A stretch of 64,000 bases of DNA, taken from Dudresnaya verticillata (Eukaryota). Positions 46,641-58,686 of this stretch are shown here, piece by piece. The stretch covers positions 4,030,001 to 4,094,000 of the forward strand of contig OZ374557.1 in assembly GCA_977862235.1 (NCBI GenBank), written 5' to 3'. The first letter of the stretch is position 1. Every line of letters begins with the position of its first letter. A model generated the notes under the pieces. It saw only the letters and a list, made by a program, of their open reading frames with translations. It was not told where the DNA came from and ran no database searches. Both the position numbers and the translations under genes were made by a program.

Positions 46641-47499
46641 TTTGAAAACAAACTGGAGTGAAGTAGCTATATTATTGTATTTCTGGAAAGTTAAGCGTCC
46701 CCTGAGTACGATGATGAAATCTGATTGGCCAACGGACGATTTGTTCCAAAGTTATGGCGGTTTGCGTAAATTTACACAAAATATTTCTAGGTTTTCCGAA
46801 CTTTAATTTCCTTGCGTCGATTTGGCCCGTCCGGACCACTCTGTGGTCCACACTGGGCCAAATTGGTCCGCCAAGTCCCCGCCTGCCCCACGCGCTCGCC
46901 CCCACACACAGATGCCACGGCACGCCCCCCCATGGCACACAATGCCCCGATTGTACCGTGTCACCCCGCGCAATGCCGCGAAGATGCGAGCGCCACCCTG
47001 TTTCCACAGCCCCTACTCTGCCGCGCCACGCCTTCTCACCGCACCTGCTGTACTGTCCTGTGCGCGTCCGTAAGCGAACGCATACAGATCACAGTCACCG
47101 CGTTCTCAATCTGTACAGATGTGCGCCTGACCCAACAACCGCCTCCATATCTAGCTCAGTACCTGCGCGACTACTCCTCCGGCCTCACTGATTTCCAGGG
47201 TCCAGTAATCGCCGTCAGACGCGACGGCAGAGCGAAGTGTTGTTCTCTCGCTAAGCGGACGGCGGGGAAATGCGGTGAAGGGCTTGTGGGCACGACTGTG
47301 GCCACGGATGAGACTGCTTGCTTCGTGCTGGCCCGGGGCAAGCGTGTGGGTGATTGGCTTGGGGCCCAGAGCGCCACAAGCGACTTGTTTCGGCAGGATA
47401 GGGTTGTTTTCTGACGCGCGGCCGAGAGAATATGTCCGATACCAGCCAGAAATGGTACTCCACGTCTAGGCGTGGAGGGGGAGGAGCAGGGTGCGGGTG

Positions 47500-49600
47500 A
47501 TGTGTGACGGGGTGCTTTGGGCTGTTGCTGCGGTTATCAAAACGGCATAGAACCACTCGCTAAAAACCACAGAACGGCTAAAATGATTCATGCTCCCACC
47601 ACAGGCGACTACTGGATGCGCTGCTGCTCCATAAACAGCATTGCCGGAGACACTAACTGCAACGTCATTGAAGCTCTTCAGATCACTCAGCCACGTACTG
47701 AACTCGCCTCCCAGAGAAGTTATAATTTTCTCAGGTCACAAGCGACTACGTTGTGAATCCTGAAAATCTTGTCCAATTCGTTCTTACTCTGACACAAAGG
47801 GGAAACGGACCTGTCGTGGCACTTCGCAAATCGTGAATCGTTTGCATCCATCACACTCGCCTCTTTCTGAATACCTTCAACGGCGACGGCGGTCTGTGTT
47901 GCTTTGGCTAATTCTTCAGCGCTCGCAAGAGTAGCTTTCGCCATGATTTTCTTCGTTTCATCTGGAATCTGTGGCTTGGTGGGACAGAAAAGAGGAGGTT
48001 CAGGTTGAGCGGAAGCCCGCCGTTATCCCAGCTCATTGCGACCCCTGTCCAAAGCATTGAATTGCGTATCGTGTCAGCCCCAACTATCGCCGTTAAAAAC
48101 AATCACAGTATCATCAAGCGACTGTTTGCGTGTGGCCCTCGCAGTCTTGTTATAACATGCCGTATACGGCATGGTGGGTGCTGCCCTAGGGCATACTACA
48201 AAGAATGTTTGCATTCTGCAATTACGGACTGCTTAGATTACAAAGCTAACTCCCCACGACGCAGCACAGCGCCTGGACCTGCACCGGCATTTTCCTTCGT
48301 GTCAATCTCAGTACGTCTTAACATTGGCAGAGCTCCACATGATGAGAACTTCATATTATTAATATTGGCAGAGGTCCACATGATGAGAACTTCGAGTTGT
48401 CGCCTCTCCTCGTATCCGGCACCCCAGGCGCTTGTACCACGGGCAACGCGTGATGCTCTGGCCCTACTTCCACGGTCTTATTGAGAAAGGCAACCTTGTA
48501 GACGTCCTTCACTGTGAATCTATTAGCTTCACGGTTAGTAACCGTTTAACTTGCTGCGCAGTTCGCTCTCAACGAACATTATCTGCTCTAGCAATACCTT
48601 CGGACAAGACGGGTTCAACACCACACACAAAGTTTCGTTTAATACCCTTTACATCCAAACCCCCTTGATATCCGAACCCACTAACGCCTCTGATTCAGGA
48701 TCTTCTACCGTTCAATCCAACGGGACTATCCAGCCCAGCATCCCTAACACATCCCGTGCTCCCCTCATCACCGCCTTCCTAACCTGCCCAGCTCTCTCCA
48801 TCATATCGCGTGCCCATCCCATGAGCTGGTCCCGGAGCCAGAACGTTGTATCCAGCTCAGCCAGGGCAACTCCGCGCGTCTCGATGACTTCAACGCGGAG
48901 TGTCCTAAGTTCTTGTACTAGGCGTTCTGGAGCTGTGTCGGAAGATAACATTTTGTCACTTTGCTTCACCGTTCGGGTCCGTGTCTGTACGCTGACCTGT
49001 TGATCAACAACCCTCGACTCGAGCCAACTTCGCAACCGCTTTCAGGAGGACAGAAATGCGGCGTTTGATCAACTCATTCAATCTTGAGGTGGGGCTCATA
49101 TCCTACACACTAGTATCGTGGTAAAGAATAATGTCCGAAATCCCGCGACACTGCTCTACTGAAGCGTCAGGGTTGAGACCATTCTCCATGCTCAATACCC
49201 GCTGCATGTACAATCGACGGTGCTCGGTCAGCAGGACGTGCTGGTGGGACATGTTTCCGAAGGTGGAGACATTTGGAAGCTGCCCATCTTGACATTGCCG
49301 CATCCCCTGCCATTGTGCTTCCATGCTGCAGGTACGGTGCTGATTGTACCTCATGCATTTGCTGAGGTTTCCGGCTCGTATGGACGATACTGGCCTCGTC
49401 CCTACCTGGATGTGACCCACACGGTAATGGTCAAATATCCTCTTTTGTTTGCGACAATTCCTTGTACACCACACGCGTAGCCGCGGTTGAATGGTCTTGG
49501 CGTCATGCTCGCGTCGTGATGCTTGAATGGGTCTGAATAGAGATGGCCGGGATAAGATGAGGTGCAACGCCAAGGACCACCAGCCCAACATTCCTCACAG
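47500..49600 (-). pseudogene. Degraded reading frame of unknown protein (possibly an accessory ORF of the DNA transposon)
   Basis: Protein-like fragments (49103-49591, 48712-49035, REANRFTVKDVYKVAFLNKTVEV, 47720-47944) linked by stops and frameshifts. No motif recognised and boundaries approximate. Confidence 0.35.
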
Positions 49601-50930
49601 ACTCGGCAGTGGCATTCGGATTTCATATTATGGTTCTCACATTATCAATTAAGAGGCTTTGTTATTGTTCACAATAAACATGTTAGTGAAGTCAATAATA
49701 TCCCTTTCAGATCACATTGCCTTGCACACCATGGGGCTGAATGACCTTTGCGTCCAGATCGTATCGTGATGCTTGCGCCTCACGTCTAGTAAAGTTGGCG
49801 GGGACATCACGAGCTCCAGCGCTCGGGCCGCGCAATAACGTGCGACCGACGCCAGGAGGGGCAGCGGAGTGCTCGGCTGGATATTTGAACTGCGGCGGGC
49901 GTCATGTATATGTTAACCGCAGGACCTTTAACAGTCAAGTCCACAACTACCGACTTATAATCTCCCTCAAGTCAGAAGATTCCCACTGCGACGTATTTTC
50001 GCAGCCAATACCTAGAAACACAACGTGCTCAAAACCACGCGGAATGTCGCCCTTATTACCCTTTACACCCAAATCCCACTGACCCCTCTGATTCAGAACT
50101 TACCACCGTCCACTCCGCCCGGACCTCAAACCATCCCATAAGCTGGTTCCACGCGAATACAGTTACTCTTCAAGACCATACCCGTGTATGATAGTGGTGC
50201 ACTTGCAGCAAAAGGAACATGTTCAGGGTTGACACATGTTCTGATTGGTACAGACGGTGGCATATTAGTCATTCATCACTACTGTGGACCTCAATAAATG
50301 GGACGTGTGCGCGGTGGGGAATAAGCGCAACTTTCGCTCTCGGGTCACTTGAGATATGCCTTAATCTCTGGATCCGGAGTGGCCAGTCTACTAAAACCTC
50401 AGGCCTCGATCACGATCTACATCGCAGCAAACGCCTCCACCACTCGTTTCAAGATCATCCCCACGCGCTGTCCCGAATTCCAACTCACCAGTGAGTCCGA
50501 GTACAGAATCCTACTGACTTGCTTGCTTGGTTCTCTGTCTTCACGTAACCGTAAATTCCAGCGACGGAGGCGTATCCCGAGGAGTACCCATATTCTCAGT
50601 CTGTCTAGACTGCATCTGCAGCGACACCACTCCCTCAAACCAGGTACCACCTACCCAATACCGTTCTTCTACGCCCGGGAGATATCGAAACGTCCTGCAT
50701 TCCACTCCGCAAGGCCCCTCACCGGCAATTATTATGTGCACGCATTCCATGGACGAGATACAAACAGTGGAACATCGATATCTCACCCCGCATTCACAGA
50801 AGCGAGATGGGTCGCACTCGGGAGAATGCGCAAAGTCGCATGGCCAAAGTTGTCACTGCGGACATAAGAAACGCTCCAACGACTGTGGGGTGCCAATCCT
50901 ACGCCTTACAATCTGCGTAACGACGAGCAC

Positions 50931-53900
50931 ATGCAGGAAGGACTCGAAAAGAAGCGGGAGATAATGGTTACCGTCAAGTCTCCCGGTTCCGTTGCCGTCG
51001 AACAGCGCGATAGGCAAGATGTACAAGCGAGGAGCGTCGTACTTGTGATGGATGGAAAGGAGTTAGGCACGGCTGAGCCAATGAGGCCGTCGACACCCGA
51101 AGAGGCGGATGACACGGGAGCTTTCAAGGTGAAGATGCACGGTCGTTCGTTGAAGGACTTGCAAGGGAAAGGCGAGACATGGGTAGTCATATACAACGTT
51201 AAGGTTCACAAAGACCATCTTCAAAGTCGTTATAAGTACAAGTACCCAGGACTGGAGCACCTACCGCCAACGCTTTCCGGACTCAATGTTGGAATTCATG
51301 TTTGGGACAGGGAGAAGATAAAAATGGGAAGAGGAAGCAAACGGAAGAGGACATTACAGGGGGTGGGCAAGGCATCTTACCAGTCAAGTCGAAACTGGCA
51401 CGTAATGCGGCAAATGATGGCCGTGTTGCTCGAAGGGTGCTTCCTTCACGGAAAGCGAGGCCTGCTCTAATCCGACGCCTCGCGACAACGAAAATACCTA
51501 CTCCCCATTCTGATTCTCAGAAAGGGTCGTTACAGGAGAATAGGACCAGTACAGACGCAGGGGCTGAGGCACTTCTGGACAAATGGTTCGAGCAAACGAA
51601 AGAAAGAACTCCTTCACCTATCGCGGAACGGCCCCTACTCGTCTACACTCCTGAGCCCCAAGCACCCATGTGCCGTCGTCCGTACGCGTTGGATGTTGGA
51701 ATTAATGGCGACTAAGGGAGTCGGGACGCCTCGGATGAAGACGAATTGTCGACTACGATGAGGAACGAGGGGCCAACAAATGATAGCAATGATGATAGCG
51801 TGCGTCGTGACGAGAATCACACACCCGACGCTGACGAGTCGCCAGACTGGACGCCAACGGAGACCAGAGAGGTTGATAAAGAGGCTAATAATGGTGAACT
51901 GGAAACCTCACGGGATAAGCCCAAGCGCCAATACATGTATGTAAATTGCCCAGAAGGAGCGCTTTCAGGGTTAATAATTCAGGCGAAGAGGCGGACTGTT
52001 TTGGAAACGTTGGAGAGTCAGGACATGTCCGGTATCTACTGCTGTAAGACGAAACAGTGTTTCGCCACTATCGAACCTGTTTATGTCATAGCGGAGTCGC
52101 GCAAATTCATGGGTCAGAACGGGGCCGAAGGAAAACTTATCTCGCAGGGTTTCTTGAGCACAACTCCAACATTTACTTTTTGGCGGTCGTCCTGTCTGCT
52201 ATACCTTCCTGGAGAGGGCGTTCGGGTTTTCGAGAGACCTTCAGTCAGTGGTGAAGGGGACAAATCTCAGTCGTGAAAGGAAACGTAGAGGGCTCGCTGT
52301 CACTTCTTCCTCTACTGAGGAGCTGGAGGTCATCGTCTCATTTCTGGAGCGCCTTGCTGAAGTCTCTGGAGACTCGCAGCCGGACAAGCAAGAGACTCAT
52401 CTTCCGTTCTATCAGAAACTCGCAGTTTACAACATGTTTAAGAAAAAATATGACGCTCTGTATCCGAGGCGAGAGACGCCATCTCAAAGCTACTTTTACA
52501 GCATCTGGATTTGATACTGCCCATAAATCAAGGTACGGCGCACGCATAGGTTCGCGAAATGCCCTGAATGCAAACATATCAAAGCCTTGTTGGCAAAGGC
52601 TACCACAGATCTTCCTGGCACGGAAGCGCTTCGTGAGCGTCAGTCACGACATGTCAAAGCGATCATGGAGGAGAGGACAGAGTATCGCAAGAAATGCGAA
52701 GTGGCATCTATGTACCCGAAGAGCTACTGCTCTGCAATAATCGATGGTGCTGACCAGTCCGCGTTCGGAATTCCCCACTTCCATGTCAAGCGGAAGGATA
52801 CTCGCGGGCACGCCTTGAAGGCGAAAGTTCTTTTTGTCCTGGAACACGGTCAAACTGCGAACCTCCACCTATTCACTATGACTCGTGAATTTGAGACAGG
52901 TGCCAATCACGTCATTGAGGCGTGGCACATAATTCTAATGTCCCGTAAGGACAGATTTCCATTCACGAGAAGTTTGTTTATCCAGGCCGACAACTGGACG
53001 AGGGAAACAAGAACAAGTATTTATTCGGGTACTTAGAGTTTCTCGTTGCCATGGGTGTATTTTGCGAAGTGCATACATCCTTGCTACCTATTGAGCACAC
53101 ACATGCTGATATCGACCAGGTATTTAGCTACGCTGAAATGAGACTGCGGGTAAGAGATGCAATTACTATGGAGGACCTGATGCACGAATTGTCACATTCC
53201 TACACACCCCAGCCGCGTGTTACAGAAATACGCCATGTGGCTAATTTCTCCGCGTTTTGCAACTTGGAGGAATATCTCGGACGAACGGAGGCCACTTCCG
53301 AGTATCGGTACTTTCGCTTTAAAACGGAAGGTCCTTTGTCCTCACAGCCTACTAAGTTTAAGACATGCTGCGAAGTCAAGATATGGAGCAAGGAATCCTG
53401 GAAACCACTGCAAACCAAAGACGGCCAGGGAGGTTCCTTGTTGTTCCCGCCAGACTTAACCAATACCCCGCCTACACCGTGTCGCTACCCACCCGACGAA
53501 CACGAAATTACTATTCGACTGCGATCTGCAGAAACAAGAATCAACGACCACACAAAGCTACCGAAACTGCTGCCACTCCGAGATAGGGTGTATCGGACCG
53601 CGATGACCCCTTCCACTGGTCATTGCCGGATGTATTTGAATTGGACGCAAGCCTAGTGGTATTGTCCCCGCTGGTGATTCTGAATCCGATTCAGAATCCG
53701 ATTCAAAAGAAGAGCGATTTGTGAGGCAGGATCTAACTTATACTGAGAACAGTTTCGTAGCGGTTCTGGGAGATGACTGTACTGAAAATTGTCCCTTCTG
53801 GATTGGCCAAATCATGGAATGGAATAGTAACCAAACGGGAAGGATGACAACTCTGGAGGTGGAGTGGTTCGAGAGGAGTACGGGCAGAGGCAATACGTTT

Positions 53901-54060
53901 ACATAGAGATACAAAAAGCAAAAGTCGCAAAAGGTGTCGACTAGAGTATCCCCTGGAGGGATAAAGTCCCTCAAAGCTCCGTACTGGTTGAGTTCGCTCG
54001 TTTAACAAATGGTGGTATCCCACTGTGCAACGGAAAATTAGGGAAGCCCTGGACATGCGA
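50931..54060 (+). pseudogene. Degraded DDD-type DNA transposase, Sola/DUF7869-like, with a C-terminal BAH/Tudor-like segment
   Basis: HRFAKCPEC, IIDGADQ, LFIQADNWTRE(NKN), LLPIEHTHADIDQVFS, then PFWIGQI...LEVEWF and PWRDKVPQSSVLVEFARLT. Sequence 5' of ~51750 is assigned tentatively. No TIRs identified. Confidence 0.7.
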
Positions 54061-54884
54061 TCGGCAAAAGTGGCATAGGGACCGCAAAGCCTTGCGAGCG
54101 GCTGTCCGTTGACCGCAATGGTGCCACGGGACGATTGATAGCGAATAAATATGTTTAGGAGTTGAATTTGAGCCACACTTTGCAGCGCCCGGGAGTCTGA
54201 TACGAGTTCGTGTGCTGCTATGGATACAAAGGGACATGCGAGACCTCGCATCCCAGCAGCGCAGCTGCGCTCAGCTTGAGGATCCATTCCGGACGTCACC
54301 TACGGTGATACCAGCACAGCATTTGGCATCGTTGCTGAAGCCGGGCGAACGCCGGCGACGGGCGCAATACGAGGCCCCCGCGCCGACCTTCTGCATATGA
54401 AGTCTTGGCGCGCCGCCATCCCATCGTCCCAACATCGCTCCCTGTGCTCAATGTGAACCCACACACCAGTGTACAGCAGGCCTTTTTCGTCAACGTCATG
54501 CAGAAAGTAGCGGCCATATGCAACCAACGTCAGTTCATGCCATCGTTTCGAAGCAGAGTCGGAGCACGCAGCCAAGATATGAGGGAAGGAGACGGCTTCT
54601 GATAACCGCTTCAACACCCGCACCATCCCAACGTTTACTATCATCTCTTGAACGAGCCGACGAGCCGAGGAGGGTTGTCCCGTTCCTGGACTTATTTTCC
54701 GGAAGACTGAATCGGGTTCGCCCGCCGAGATGGAGGCCAACATAATTGAGTTGATGGCATCTGGAATTCTCAATATCGGTGTTGCCCCTGACGTTCTTGT
54801 TTCACATGCATGTGAAAACTTCAAGGCATTGGGTGGCGAAGTTTTTGAATGTTGTTCACTTCGTCATGTTGAAATGGTGGAAGA

Positions 54885-55661
54885 TGTGGTGCAACGCCAG
54901 GGCTCCCCGCAGAGCGGGTTGATAGCCCCTTTTTCGCACGCACAATCACGCGCGTCCGCGACGCGCACCGCCAAGTTGGGCTCACCCATTGGCCACTGGT
55001 CAACCACCATAGCGGGCCTGCCCCCGCCCCGGGGGCTTTCCCCCGCCGTCGCCTTTACAGGGCCGCACTCGCCGCCTTACAGCCACCGCCACGCAAGCGC
55101 ACGGAAGACACGGGCAACACGCGTGACACGTGCACACGCGCACACGCACGCGTCATTACCAGTCTTACAGCGTGCTGGTGTCGGTGTACAGTAGGTACAC
55201 TGTGCTTCGGTTTATTGTACTCTAGTGTTAGTCTATTTGCTAGTGCACAGTAAACCTAGTCGACACCGCCGCGGCGGCGCCGCCGGCAGTGGGACTTAAG
55301 GGGCTAGGACCAACCTCCTACAGTAAACCCAACCAAGCTTCGGCTCCACACTTAGGGTACCCCCTACCTCCGTGCGCTTGGCGAGTGAATCCATCGCGGA
55401 GCTGGGCTACGTACGCCTGTGGTGCTGAGACCTTTCTACGTTCATGTTCACACGCTTCTGTTGTGCCGGAGCCCTCGTCTTCAGGGCTCACTGTGTGCTC
55501 ACACGGGCTTTGGTGTGTGTTTACAGTCCGCACACTGGGGCCTTCCGCTTGCTCTACCCTACCACGCACCGACGCGCCCACACGCGTCACCACGGCTACC
55601 CTTCCACGTCGGACTCGTGGGTTGGGTTGGTTGCGGTCCTCATTCGGAGGGTTGCACTACA
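54885..55661 (+). repeat. 5' LTR of G (~777 bp)
   Basis: TGTGGTGCAAC...GTTGCACTACA (10/11 inverted match), upstream of the PBS. The end could be 55663. Confidence 0.75.
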
Positions 55662-55667
55662 CATTTC

Positions 55668-55685
55668 TGGTCTCCCGACCTAGAA
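55668..55685 (+). promoter_or_regulatory. Primer-binding site of G
   Basis: TGGTCTCCCGACCTAGAA. Confidence 0.92.
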
Positions 55686-56021
55686 TATCACCCGATTGGA
55701 GCGTTCTCCGTCCAGTCGGGTTCTCCCGCTTTTCTTCCTTCCCCATTGACCTTTCCGATTGGCCGGCCGCTTCGTTTTGCTTCCAAGGGCTCTCCCAAAA
55801 CGCAAGCGCTTTATTGTGAGACCACCTACCACGAGCCGCAAGGCGAGCTCGCTCACTTCGGAGCCCCGCCGCTCCGTCCGCTTTCAAGGTCACCCGCCGC
55901 CGAACGCGGGACCAAGCCCGTCGATTTGACAGCTGTTCAGCCGCTCGCGCGTTGGTTCCGACAGCCAGCGAACGGTGATCCCGCGTAACTGACGGCGAGC
56001 GCTTCGAACGCCGGACCGCCA

Positions 56022-58686
56022 ATGGCGTCCGACACTCCGCCGGCAATGCCGGCCACAACCATACCCTTCACGGGAACTCCTGCCAGTTCGTCCGCGAACA
56101 TGGGATTTCCTGTCTCCCAGGCGCCATCGCAGGCGCCCGAACCGACCTCTACGCGTTATCCAACTCCGCAGACGCCTTCGCAGGCCCCTGCGTATTCAAC
56201 CCCGGGTTATCCCGTCTCGCAGGCGCCTTTAAAGATGCCTTCGTCCAATTACACGGGTTATCCCGATCCGGCTTCGACCGCCACGTCAGCTTTGGCGCCG
56301 TCGGCATCGGCGGCGGAGTCTATAGTCAGCGTCCCTGTGGCAAGGGCGCCGCCTGTAGATCCGACAGCGGATGATCCGCAAGGTCACGCACCGTCTCGCG
56401 ACGGTCCGGCCAACACTGTATCCGTTAACGGGTCTCCTGCGCCTCGCAGTCAACGGGTTAGCCCGATTCATTCGCTGGAACCTGCGCCCCCGCTGCTGTA
56501 TCCGGCAGGCCTAACGGCCGGAGCAATGGGTAATCCCGAAGCTGACAGCGTCCACATCGCTTCAGGGCTCAATGCCCCTAGGACGGCGGTCCGCGAGATT
56601 TGCATCTCGCAGGACGCCGTCCTGGTTGACAACCTGGCCCAGCGAATGGACGCGGCAGTTGCCCAGTTCATGACGACCTGCCGTGAACAGTTTCATGGAG
56701 TTAACTCCCGTATACAGGACCTCGAAGGCCACGTTGCTGCGCTTAACACGCGTGTCGACGCTGGTGCCTCCGGGAATTGTCCCCATGGCGATCACGCCCG
56801 ACGCGATGAAGGCAACCGAGAACTACGCACCATCCGGGCAGACGTTAACCGTCTCCTGGAGGAGCGAGTTGCAGGGGCTGACCCCATCTCACGGGATCAC
56901 CCGATACGCGAAGGCGAGGCCCGCAGCCCACTCTCGTGTCGGCGCGGCCCGGGGGACGTCGAGAACCCGGATCACAATGGGTACACCCAAGCCGAACGCG
57001 ACGCACGCGAGTACGACTGGGTTGTCCCAGTCGGAACGGACCTCCGCATCATCGACGCGTAGGCGCGGCTTGCCGAAGCACGGCGCGCACGCGAGCACTG
57101 GACCCGAAGTGGACGCGGTGATCGCGGTCGCGCAAAGGACAGAAAGAGGCGTGGTCGTCGCCACGATGGCGGTGACTCGTCCCCTTCCTCGTCCTCTTCT
57201 GGAGATCACTCCCATAATTCTGATTTAGCCCACAGAGGTTCCGAGGGTCGCCCCTCGGCCCGCCGCAATACGCGTAAACGCGGAAGGAAGTACAGGGGGC
57301 TGAAGGAGCTCACGCTCAAGAACCCCTGTTCGACCGGCTACTGTCCTACAGGACATATCGGCTGGCTAATACTTCCCAAAGGCGCTCGAGCCGCCAAACT
57401 GGTAAGGTCAAAGAACAAATCAAGCGGCTCGAGTTGACCTTACGCGACTGCGCATTAAATGGGGATGTCCCCGTGCTCATTATTGATTTTCGCGCAAGGT
57501 TTGCCGACGAAGCCGACACCTTGGAGATGAATGAGGCCCAGGCGTTCATCGCCCTACCGTACTTCCTCCACGGAACTGCTTCGCAACAGCCGGCGTGTAC
57601 GCGGCGCGTCATTGCGAGCAGATGGTGTAATCACCTCGTGGCTAGAGGCCATGCAGTGCTTGCTGCACACGTATGCAAGGCCATGCAGTGCTTGCTGCGC
57701 ACGTATGCAACGCCTAGCGCCATACGTGAGGCCACACTCGCTCTTCGTGCAATTACGCATCGGTCGGGTGAGACGGAGTCCGCGTTTGCGATGCGCCTTT
57801 CTAAAGGGTTTCATCGCTGCGGCAACGTCTTCCCGGCCTGGGAGAAGATGACTCTGTTCATCGATGTGCTGGACCCTACCATCTGCTCCCTTGTTGCGCG
57901 CCATCGTGAAGAGACCCGGCGAGGTGAACTCACCTTTGAGCACCTCGTCCACTTTGCGCAGGACGAGGCCGACGCTCACCGCGCAAGAACGGGTGCTTCC
58001 CGTAGACCAGGGGTAGTCCCTGCTTCGCCGACTACGGTCAGAGCCCGTCTTCCGCCTTCAACGGCATGAGGGCGTGGCCAAGCGCAGCTCGCCGAGTCCT
58101 CGGTTCAGTTCCGGGGCCGCAGCGAGCGCGAACATGGGATCACCAGAAACAATGATGGTGACTTACACCTACCGAGGACGGACACGTCGCCTTTCTCGAT
58201 GACGGAACGCCCCACCGAGACCGGTTACGGTACGGAAGACGACCCGGCGCTGGTCATGGACCCAAGGCCAAGGCACATCCCCGCGCCGGGCGTCGCATTT
58301 CAGGAGCATTCTCCAGGGTTCGAGCGATCTCATCCCGGTTGGTAGGACCACCGCCCAAGTCGCCCGATGGCTCAACGCCCAGCAGGGCGGGGACCAACGG
58401 TGATTTTCCACGCGTGTTACGGTTGAGGGCACTACGCTACGGAGTTCACCCTGACATACCGTGACCGCGGGCAGATCATCATCAACTTCGAGGCGCTCAC
58501 GGACGAGTAGCAGGCCGAAGTGCCGGCGCGCAGCTACTCTGAGCAGCTGCACACCCGGTAGCTGGCCCAGCAACACAACGCCCGCGAGCGTTCTCGATCA
58601 CCGGGCCCACCCGCAGCACGGACATCGGAGCGCCATCCGGGTGTGATTCGCCGTGCCCCGCCGGCTCACCACGAGTTGAAAACTAG
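56022..58686 (+). pseudogene. gag: gag of G
   Basis: Fragments 56022-57062 and 57434-58069. Ends VEN* at 58686. Confidence 0.85.

Noticed and set aside
46785..46797. TTCTAGGT as the minus-strand PBS of F
   Set aside because: Only 8 nt match and no copy of the F LTR follows.
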